64,000 bases of DNA from the NCBI GenBank assembly GCA_963798085.1, contig CAWCRS010000003.1:192001-256000 (forward strand). Reading direction: 5' to 3'. Below are positions 56,528 to 64,000 of the stretch, piece after piece. The translations under genes were made by a program, and so were the position numbers. The stretch's first letter is position 1; every line of letters begins with the position of its first letter. The notes under the pieces are model-generated. The model saw only the letters and a program-made list of their open reading frames with translations, ran no database searches and was not told the origin of the DNA. The DNA comes from an uncultured Gemmatimonadales bacterium. Lineage in GTDB: Bacteria; Gemmatimonadota; Gemmatimonadetes; Longimicrobiales; RSA9.

Positions 56528-58357
56528 TCAGGCCTCCGCGCCACGCTGGAAGAACTCGTCCGCGTCGCGGGCGCTGACGCCCAGTCGCTGCGCCATCGTC
56601 CGGTCTGCCGCCGAACGACCCACCATGGTGCAGCGCGCCAGCGCCAGCTTGTGGCGGAACACGGCTTCGAGCACCAGTCCGGGCAGCGGCTTGCGGCACC
56701 AGCACACGGGCGGCCCCGCCGCGTGCGGGCACCACGCAATGTCGATGTCGATTCCCAGCAGTTCGCGCGCGCGCTCGAAACACGCGCGTACCGCGTCGCT
56801 GCTGGTTTCGCCCCGCGCGAGCTGCGGGCGCCACGCGTGCGCGCAGACATGCCAGCCGTCCGCAGCGTGGCGGCGCAACGTGTCGCGCGTGCCCGGCAGC
56901 AGTTCCTGCGCATCCGGATCGAGCGCAGGCGATCCATCGCGCGCGCAGGCGCAGAGAACATCGTCGTATTCGAGCAGCACCGCGCGCCCTTCGAAGTCAG
57001 GCGGCCACACACGCGCGAACGTGCGTTCCTCAATGTGCGCGAATCCTTCGCCGGCGACAGGCGGCTCGAGCTGCCGTTCCCAGCGAAACTGTGCATCCGG
57101 ACCGAAGTAGCGGTGATCGGCGCGGCCGAGGGCACGCAGCTCCTCCGGCATGGGCAGACGCCCGTGCGCCGCGATCAGCCGTGACGTGGCATTGATCTGC
57201 GCGTCCGCGACATCCGTCTTCAGCCACACGCAGCGCACAGGAACGCCGTGCCGCCACGCGCACTCGATGATCTGGTTGCGATCGGCGCGCGCGGCGTAGG
57301 TGTTGTCCAGCACCCAGCGCCTGTTGCCCGTGCGCAGGCCCGCATCCAGGTGCTCGACCAGGTCCGCGAGCCGCCCACCGCTTTCGTCACGGTTGAGTCG
57401 CGCGTAGCCGCGTTCCACGAACGCCCGGGCGACGCTGCTCTTGCCGGCTGCCGGCATGCCCATCACCAGTACGACATCGCCAGTGGCGTCGGCCCGCGGC
57501 ATGCGCGCCTTGCGCGGCACGCGCAGGAGACGACCCGCCGGGTAGCGCGCGTCGAACCGTTCGCGGTCGGCCTCCGTCAGTCGCAGCGCGCGAACGCGCG
57601 CCAGCGAGCGCGCCGTTTCCACACGCGTCGCGCCGGGAATGGGCAGGATGCCGGAGTGCAGATCGAGCAGCCAGCCGAGCGCCACCTCCGGCGCCGTCAC
57701 GCCATGTGCGCTCGCGATCTCGCGCAGCACAGGCTCGCGCGCGAGACGCGCGGTACGATCGCCCCCAAGCGGCCGGTACGCGATGAGCTGGATCCCATGC
57801 TCAATGCAGTACTCGGCAACGCCATTGTGCAGGTTCCCGGCCTCCAGCAGGCTGAGGCTCACCTGCACGGCTGCAATGTCCGCGATGCGGCGAGCTGCTT
57901 CGATCTGCGTGACGGTGACGTTGCACAGACCAATGCGCCGGATCTGACCGCCAGCCTGCAGCGCCTTGAGCGCGCGCACACTGGTCTCGAGAGAAACGCG
58001 CGGATCCACGGCGTGGAGCTGGTAGAGATCGACAGCGGCGACACCGAGCGCAGCGCAGCTGGCGTCACATGCGGCGCGCAGGTGTGTCGCTCGCCCGTCC
58101 GGAACCCACCGCCCACCCGGCCGCCAGAGTCCACCCTTGGTCGCCACCGTCACGGCAGCACGATCGCCCGGCCAGGTGCGCAGCGCCTGCGCGATGAGCC
58201 GCTCGTTGTGCCCGGTGTCCGCTTCGTCCAGGCAATACGCGTCCGCTGTGTCCAGTAGCGTGGCGCCCGCATCCAGCGCGGCATGGATCACCTCAATGCC
58301 GCGCGCTGCAGCGCGCGCCGGTGCCGTCGAGAGACGCATGCAGCCCAGGCCGATCAT
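56528..58357 (-). CDS. Aldo/keto reductase fused to a P-loop kinase (AAA_33/PNK-like) and a GmhB/HisB-like HAD domain
   Basis: IGLGCMRLS, LDTADAY, VATKGG, DLYQLH and PIPG (AKR); GMPAAGKS and VLDNT (kinase); CPH...CWCRKP (HAD IIIA). Confidence 0.85.
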   Translation of the reverse strand: MIGLGCMRLSTAPARAAARGIEVIHAALDAGATLLDTADAYCLDEADTGHNERLIAQALRTWPGDRAAVTVATKGGLWRPGGRWVPDGRATHLRAACDASCAALGVAAVDLYQLHAVDPRVSLETSVRALKALQAGGQIRRIGLCNVTVTQIEAARRIADIAAVQVSLSLLEAGNLHNGVAEYCIEHGIQLIAYRPLGGDRTARLAREPVLREIASAHGVTAPEVALGWLLDLHSGILPIPGATRVETARSLARVRALRLTEADRERFDARYPAGRLLRVPRKARMPRADATGDVVLVMGMPAAGKSSVARAFVERGYARLNRDESGGRLADLVEHLDAGLRTGNRRWVLDNTYAARADRNQIIECAWRHGVPVRCVWLKTDVADAQINATSRLIAAHGRLPMPEELRALGRADHRYFGPDAQFRWERQLEPPVAGEGFAHIEERTFARVWPPDFEGRAVLLEYDDVLCACARDGSPALDPDAQELLPGTRDTLRRHAADGWHVCAHAWRPQLARGETSSDAVRACFERARELLGIDIDIAWCPHAAGPPVCWCRKPLPGLVLEAVFRHKLALARCTMVGRSAADRTMAQRLGVSARDADEFFQRGAEA

Positions 58358-58386
58358 GGAGCCAAACCGTATGTTAGAAGAAAGGG

Positions 58387-59685
58387 TCAGGCGGACGCGG
58401 TCGCCTGCAGCAGCTCGACCAGCCGCACCATGTCCAGACGCCCGTGCCCCAGCTGGTCGCTGCGGCCACCCGCCGGCGCCGATGCCGGCGCCACGGCCGC
58501 CGCCAGCACGGCGCGAACCTCTGCGGGCGTCGCTGCCGGCCGAACCCGCCGTACCAGCCATGCAGCCGCTGCCACCATGGGGGCGGCGAAGGAAGTGCCA
58601 TTCTGACCACGGTAGCTGTCCCCGTCGAACACCGTAAGGATGTCTTCGCCGGGTGCGGCGATCCAGTTGTGCGGGCCAATGCTGGAGAACTCCCAGCGGC
58701 GATCGAAGCGGCCCGTGGCGCTCACGGCAATGGCATTGGGGTGCGCCGCCGGATACGTGGCGGGACTGCCGCGATCGGCGAAATTGCCCATGGCCGCGAC
58801 TACCACGACGCCGCACTCCACGCACCGGGCGACCAGCGCGTCTGCGGTAGGATCACGCACCGCTGATCCCAGACTCACGTTCAGGACCGGCAGCCGCGAT
58901 CTCGCCACATCGCGGAGCGCTTCGTAGTACGCCGCGCTGTCGAAGAGTCCGTTCGGCCAGGCGTCGTACACGTGCAGCTTGGCCTGGCAGCAACCGGCCA
59001 TGCCGCGCTCACCGCACTCGTCGCGCCGCGCGGCGAGAATCGCGGCCACGCGCGCTGCGTGCGATGCACGGCCGACGACATCACTTTCCGGTGGCACCCA
59101 CTTCGTGATGCAGCCATCCAGGTCCGGATGCTGCGTGGGTCCACCATCATCGATAATGCCCGCCGGCCCCGGATCCTCGCCCTGCTCGAAGAACGCCCAC
59201 ACGCGATCGAAACCGCATTTGCGAAGTCCCCACTGCGCGTGCAGCATGGAATCCGGATAGAACCCGGTCGACAGCGGGTAGTGAATTGCCGGCTGATGCA
59301 CGTGCCGAATGCGCGGATCGCGGCGCAGCTCGTTTTCGAGCCGGCCGCGATCCGCAGGCGAGTCCAGACGCAGGTGGTGCGTACCCGAGAGCCGCCCCTG
59401 CGACGACGTTTCCCGCAACTCCCAGTTCACGCCGCGGTGCGTCGCGGCGCGCGACTCTTCGGCCAATGGCCGCAGTCGCGCGGCCCGGCCCTGCTCCACG
59501 TAGTGCAGCACGGATTCCAGGCCCGGGCCAACGGGATCACCCGATCGCAGCCGTGCGACCGCCGGCCCGCAGCAGCCGGGCTCGGCGATCGCGAAAACCA
59601 GCGTGTGTTCGTCGTACGGCGGCCCGTCCAGCGCGCGCAGATCCCGTTCCTGCCTCACCCCGGCGGACGGTCTGGCTCGCTTCAC
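58387..59685 (-). CDS. S8 (subtilisin-like) serine peptidase with an N-terminal prodomain and no signal peptide
   Basis: Triad IIDDG / HAARVA / GTSFAAP, oxyanion AAMGN, NVSLG, YPAA and AAPGEDI; GTGA overlap with the upstream gene. Confidence 0.9.
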   Translation of the reverse strand: MKRARPSAGVRQERDLRALDGPPYDEHTLVFAIAEPGCCGPAVARLRSGDPVGPGLESVLHYVEQGRAARLRPLAEESRAATHRGVNWELRETSSQGRLSGTHHLRLDSPADRGRLENELRRDPRIRHVHQPAIHYPLSTGFYPDSMLHAQWGLRKCGFDRVWAFFEQGEDPGPAGIIDDGGPTQHPDLDGCITKWVPPESDVVGRASHAARVAAILAARRDECGERGMAGCCQAKLHVYDAWPNGLFDSAAYYEALRDVARSRLPVLNVSLGSAVRDPTADALVARCVECGVVVVAAMGNFADRGSPATYPAAHPNAIAVSATGRFDRRWEFSSIGPHNWIAAPGEDILTVFDGDSYRGQNGTSFAAPMVAAAAWLVRRVRPAATPAEVRAVLAAAVAPASAPAGGRSDQLGHGRLDMVRLVELLQATASA

Positions 59686-60533
59686 CCCGGGATAGGCGCG
59701 GTGATCGTCAGGCCCACGCAGTCTTCGTCACCCGCCGGACGCATCGGACCCGCCAGAGTGGGGACCGGGAACGTACTCCCGGCGAGCAGCGTCGCGTACT
59801 GTGCCTTCGGCTCTAACAGCCTGTATGCCCACTTGAAGTCCTCGTCCGATTCCTGCACCCTGTGCTTCTTCAGGTCGTTCCACTCGAGCGGGTTGTTGGC
59901 GCAGAGATTGGCCACCTTCAGCGCGATCAGGCCGTTGCGCGGCTTCAGCGGCAGGCTGATGCTGCCGGACCCGTCCAGCCTGCGGATCGTGATGGTCATG
60001 TCATCGCGGTCCGGCACGTTGCGCGTCCACGTGGCGAAGCCGGCGAAATTGCCGGTGTGATTGGGCAGCGCTGGCGCGAACTGTCGCGAGAACACCCAGG
60101 TCGCGTTGCCCGGCACGGCCCGCAGGCTGCCGCCGGGCAGCAGGGTACGGGCCAGCAGCTCCGTGGGCGGCGTCGCCGAAAACAGGTCGTTAGCAAGAGT
60201 CAGTGAGGGCGCGAACTTCGAGGCGTCCGGCAGTACCAGCGACACTTCCTGCATGTCCTGGTCATCCAGCCCCCAGTCGATCACTTCGCGATCGAGCTGG
60301 TGCACGATTTCGTTGCTGGGCGCGCGCAGGTCGCCGGCGGGGACGTCATCACGCAGGTTGGGCAGTGCGAAGCGCACGTAGCCGACGTGCGGCTGCCCTG
60401 TGGTGCCATCCGCATGCACCGGGTCAGACGTGGTGAGGCGGGTGTCCGGCAGCAGAATCGCCACCCGCTTGCCATCCGGCTGCACCACGTAGACGCACAG
60501 CCCTGCGAACTCGACAACCAGATCGAATGCCAT
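59682..60533 (-). CDS. Hypothetical protein (283 aa, beta-rich, no signal peptide)
   Basis: GGGAG RBS before ATG at 60533; natural composition; lies between the CHAT and S8 genes and is translationally coupled to S8. Confidence 0.8.
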   Translation of the reverse strand: MAFDLVVEFAGLCVYVVQPDGKRVAILLPDTRLTTSDPVHADGTTGQPHVGYVRFALPNLRDDVPAGDLRAPSNEIVHQLDREVIDWGLDDQDMQEVSLVLPDASKFAPSLTLANDLFSATPPTELLARTLLPGGSLRAVPGNATWVFSRQFAPALPNHTGNFAGFATWTRNVPDRDDMTITIRRLDGSGSISLPLKPRNGLIALKVANLCANNPLEWNDLKKHRVQESDEDFKWAYRLLEPKAQYATLLAGSTFPVPTLAGPMRPAGDEDCVGLTITAPIPG

Positions 60534-60569
60534 CGTCAGCTCCCGGGGAAAGAGATTACGTGAACTGCG

Positions 60570-63500
60570 CTACGATCCTGTGTACGTGAAAGCCGCCCAC
60601 ACCCACGGCCGGCGCTGACCCGGATCTGCCGAGTGCAGTGCGGCCAGCTGCGCATCCCGCAGCGCAGCCACGGCGTCCATGCCACGGGCGACGCTTTCGT
60701 GGAAGCGGATCAGCAGAGTCTTCGTCGCTGCGTCCCCAATATCCCAGAGGGTACTGACAGTGCGCGGTGTGCCGGCGCGCAGAAAGCTGTAGGCCAGACC
60801 GGCCACAGGGCCGGTCCGACTCGCACGCGGGCTCAGCGTGCTGCACGCCGAAAGCACGACGAGTTTCACATTAGACAGGCGCAGCCCGCCGATTTCCCGC
60901 GCGCTCACCATCCCGTTACCTGACGTGTCCGCCGCCAGCGCGAGGAACGATCGCTCGGGTCGCTCCTCGTTGAGCACGGCATGGCCGGCGAAGTGAACGA
61001 CGGAATGGGCGGGCAGCAACGCGAGGAATGTCGACGCCGTCGCCTGCGTATCGGTCAGCAGCGTCTTTCGCTCATAGAGATTTGCGATTGCCCGCGCCTC
61101 CGCGTCGGCGCCCGGCAGATCGGGAAGATCACTTTCCAGCGTGCCGTCCTGAGCGGGATTGCCGATCACCAGCGCGCTGGTCGTGGCCGGCTCCGGTTTC
61201 GGATGCGCGGCCGCGGCCAGGTAGAACCAGGCACTCGGCTCCATACGCACGGCGAAATGCTCGAGCACATAGCTGCGGCTGCGCGCATCGCGCAGCGCAC
61301 TGAAAGGCAGGCGGTTCAGCTCGCGGTCGGGCACAATCGTGAGCTGGTCAATGCCAGCCAGCTCGCTCGCGAATGGCGCAATCAGGAGATCATGGAGGCG
61401 GGCGGCCAGGGCATCCGCGTCGCGCTTCCCCGCCATGGCCTGCGTGTAGCCCTCGACCAGCGCTGCAACCGAATCGCGCGAGACATCAGCACTGAAATGC
61501 TTCTGCCCGCGACGCGTCACCGTCCAGATCTCGAGCCGCTGGTCCAGCAGTGCATACTCGATCAGCATCATGCTGTCGGGCAGCTGCCGACGCAGCGCTG
61601 CCAGGGTGAGCCCGCCGCCGGGCATGGCCGCGTCGGGCCAGGCGGCGACACGGCCGCGCTCGAGATACTGCAACGCTTCCGCAGGATGGTCCGCCGCCAG
61701 CTCGAGCCTGATCATGGCGTCGAACACGTTCTCGACCGTCTCGTAGAACGTGGCGCGTACTTCCGCCGTCTGGAACGTCGGCTGGCGACCCTCGATCAGC
61801 TCGATTGCCTGCAGCAATGCCAGGCGGGCGTTCTTCGTGTCACCTGACGCGTTCGCCGCGAGTGAGAGCTGGTAGAGCGCGGTCGGAACGTGCAGCGCCA
61901 GGTTCAGCTGGCGATACTCGGCGACGACCCGCTCGAGCAACTGTTCCGAACCGCGTGCATCGTCGTCGCGCATTGCCTGCGCCCGCACCAGATCAATGTC
62001 GGCACGCACGCGGTCGCGGCCATCACCCGGCGCGATGCGGTCCGCCGCGCGCATGGCTTCCTGCAGCGTGGCGCGCGCAGCCGCCGGGCGGTGCAGCGCC
62101 AGCTCGTCGGCCGCGCGCGACCGCAGCGCCCACGCCAGATAGGACGCATCCGGCAGTGTGCGAGCCACTTCCAGTACTTCATTCATGACGGCGAGCGCCG
62201 CGTACCGGTAGTCGTAGGCACGCGCGTATGCGGCCACCGTCGTCAGCTGCTGGTTGAGCCAGCTCGATTCGCGGTACCCGGAAAGCGTGCGCAGTCCGCG
62301 ATACGCCTCCACATCACCCGCCGCTGTCTGGCCCGCCAGATTCAGCGCCTCCGAGATCAGGTAGGAGATCGCGCCCTCGTTCTCGACTTCGCCAGTCCGC
62401 GTGAAGGAGGGTGCCGCCTCGCGGTACCGGCGGAGGGCTGACTCGTAGTTAGCGCGACGCAGCTGCACCACGCCTTCCGCCCATATTGCCTTGCCCCGCA
62501 GCGCCGGCTCTTCAGCGGTGGCTTCACTCGCGGCCATGTGATACATGCTGTCCACCGCCGCGTCGGCTGCGTGCGCCATGAGCGCAGCCGCGCGATAGAA
62601 CAGCGCCCACTTGTACGTGGGTACGCCCAGCTGGCGCAGCTGCTGCTCGCTGCGCGCCAGCAGGGGCGCCGCACTCCGCACATCACCACGCTGGTAAGCG
62701 CTGAACCCTGCGCCGAAATCCACGAAGGCGCGCGCCAGCTGCAGCGAGCGCTGCGGCTGTTCAAGGGCTGCGTCGATCGCCTCCACTGCGAGCGCCACAC
62801 TGCGGTCCAGCCCGCCCCGGTCGCTGGCTTCCGCAATGCTGCGCGCCGCCCCAAGCAGGCGTGCGGCGCGCGACGAATCCCCCTTCAGGGCGGCCTCGCC
62901 CCACGCCGCGAGCAGTGTGCCGAAACAGAACTCGCGCGCTGTCTGCGGCGAAGTCAGGACCTGCGCTGTCACAGCTTCAGGCGACACGGCGCGCGTCGCG
63001 TCCGCGTGCAGCAGATCGTCCCACGCGGGTGTCTCCCTGCTCGCCGCCGTGCTGCGCAGCCTCGCCGCCGCTTCCGACTTCCACGACGCCGCGGTCTCGA
63101 GCGAGTCGTAGTGCGCCCATGCCTGCCGCGCACGCGCACGCAGCTGCAGCCGCTCCAGCACCAGCGCGCGATTGAACTGCGCCGCGCGCAGCGTGGAATC
63201 GATGCTGACGGCGCGCTCCGCCAGATCCAGCGCTCGCAGCATGGGCCTGAGCTGCTGGTCGCGCTCCGCCAGCGCGATGGAGGCCACGGCGAGATCGTTG
63301 AGCAGCGCTGCGTCCCGCGGGGTCTGGTGCAGCGCGCGCTCGAGTGATCGTACGGCACGGTCGAGCGCCGCGGGTGAGCCTTGCCGGTAGCGCAGATCGA
63401 CCAGCGCACTGGCATGCAACGCAGCCGCGGACGTGTCGGTGGTTATCCATTCACGCGCCCGCTCCAGCGCCTGGTCCAGCCGCCGTGCGCGTCGCGTCCC

Positions 63501-63725
63501 CGGCGCCGTTTCTGTGACACACGCAGTGCGTACCACGAGGGTCGTGCTGTCCGTCACTGCGCATGCGTTCCACGCCGTCTGCCCCACCAGACGACCCACC
63601 GTGAAGCGCTCTTCCTGCAGCGCCCGCGTCAACGCGGCCGGCGGCGCCTCCCTGCCGCGCGCGCACGCCGTCACGCCTGACTGCAGGCTCCCGACTAACA
63701 GCACGATAAGGGGGAGCCGCCGCAC
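60570..63725 (-). CDS. TPR-CHAT domain protein (caspase-like cysteine protease); start uncertain (GTG 63725 or further upstream to 63917)
   Basis: TPR-like helices (LLNDLAVA, AQFNRALVLE); CHAT motifs LIEYAL, IVPDRELNRLPFSAL, HFAGH, VVLSAC, FLRAG..VSTLW and WAAF; N-terminal hydrophobic stretch ending VTAC. Confidence 0.92.
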   Translation of the reverse strand: MRRLPLIVLLVGSLQSGVTACARGREAPPAALTRALQEERFTVGRLVGQTAWNACAVTDSTTLVVRTACVTETAPGTRRARRLDQALERAREWITTDTSAAALHASALVDLRYRQGSPAALDRAVRSLERALHQTPRDAALLNDLAVASIALAERDQQLRPMLRALDLAERAVSIDSTLRAAQFNRALVLERLQLRARARQAWAHYDSLETAASWKSEAAARLRSTAASRETPAWDDLLHADATRAVSPEAVTAQVLTSPQTAREFCFGTLLAAWGEAALKGDSSRAARLLGAARSIAEASDRGGLDRSVALAVEAIDAALEQPQRSLQLARAFVDFGAGFSAYQRGDVRSAAPLLARSEQQLRQLGVPTYKWALFYRAAALMAHAADAAVDSMYHMAASEATAEEPALRGKAIWAEGVVQLRRANYESALRRYREAAPSFTRTGEVENEGAISYLISEALNLAGQTAAGDVEAYRGLRTLSGYRESSWLNQQLTTVAAYARAYDYRYAALAVMNEVLEVARTLPDASYLAWALRSRAADELALHRPAAARATLQEAMRAADRIAPGDGRDRVRADIDLVRAQAMRDDDARGSEQLLERVVAEYRQLNLALHVPTALYQLSLAANASGDTKNARLALLQAIELIEGRQPTFQTAEVRATFYETVENVFDAMIRLELAADHPAEALQYLERGRVAAWPDAAMPGGGLTLAALRRQLPDSMMLIEYALLDQRLEIWTVTRRGQKHFSADVSRDSVAALVEGYTQAMAGKRDADALAARLHDLLIAPFASELAGIDQLTIVPDRELNRLPFSALRDARSRSYVLEHFAVRMEPSAWFYLAAAAHPKPEPATTSALVIGNPAQDGTLESDLPDLPGADAEARAIANLYERKTLLTDTQATASTFLALLPAHSVVHFAGHAVLNEERPERSFLALAADTSGNGMVSAREIGGLRLSNVKLVVLSACSTLSPRASRTGPVAGLAYSFLRAGTPRTVSTLWDIGDAATKTLLIRFHESVARGMDAVAALRDAQLAALHSADPGQRRPWVWAAFTYTGS

Positions 63726-64000
63726 CGGGCCGATCCCGCTGCCGCCTGCCGCAGCTCCGCGCACTGTACGTTGTCTCGACAATGGTTGTCGATCGCGCCG
63801 AAGGAACGGGGGTGTGCGGCAGCCGAGTCGCAGTGCCGCACGGGATTGCAGGCTACCCTGATCAGCCGCGAACGGCTCGAAAATACGGAGCGGCTCCGCC
63901 ATTGCCACGACCGCCAACGCAAGCGTTAGGAGCGACAGGCGCAGTCAGCGGCCAGGAAAGTGTGGTGTCGTGGGTGAGCAGTGGTCGTCACAGTGGGGGA

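Noticed and set aside
59682..60533. Bacterial gasdermin call for the 283-aa protein
   Set aside because: Size and protease neighbours fit, but I cannot see the gasdermin N-terminal pattern (early Cys followed by L...GYN..xLP). Left as unknown pending a structure search.

Overview
GC-rich, gene-dense bacterial chromosomal window with about 51 CDS. Gene content and style suggest Gemmatimonadota or a similar soil/sediment lineage; this is an inference, not a measurement. No rRNA, tRNA, CRISPR array, transposase or integrase was seen. Left to right: (1) housekeeping and envelope genes (Tat-exported M24 peptidase, PIG-L/LmbE protein, Fpg/Nei glycosylase, patatin-POTRA-barrel protein, copper-monooxygenase-like lipoprotein, citrate synthase); (2) a 13-kb Wzm/Wzt-dependent glycan locus with five GT2 enzymes, a GT-C membrane protein and two NodB-type deacetylase domains, one intact and one degenerate; (3) SET-domain and GAF-domain genes, two PadR regulators, a serine hydrolase, a class C acid phosphatase and an orphan duplicated ABC permease; (4) a two-component system divergent from a TolC-MFP-RND pump; (5) an Xre/RES toxin-antitoxin pair; (6) a four-gene minor-pilin cassette; (7) a membrane MutS-V protein; (8) a six-gene operon (HAD, NTP-transferase, ATP-grasp, class III aminotransferase, CDP-alcohol phosphotransferase, Gfo/Idh/MocA) that looks like an uncharacterised (amino)cyclitol-phosphodiester or lipid pathway; (9) a co-oriented cluster of a TPR-CHAT caspase-like protease, an unknown 283-aa protein, a subtilase and an AKR-kinase-phosphatase fusion. 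Items 8 and 9 are the best candidates for undescribed systems. Two apparent 1-bp frameshifts may be assembly errors. All family calls come from motif recognition by eye, not database searches.
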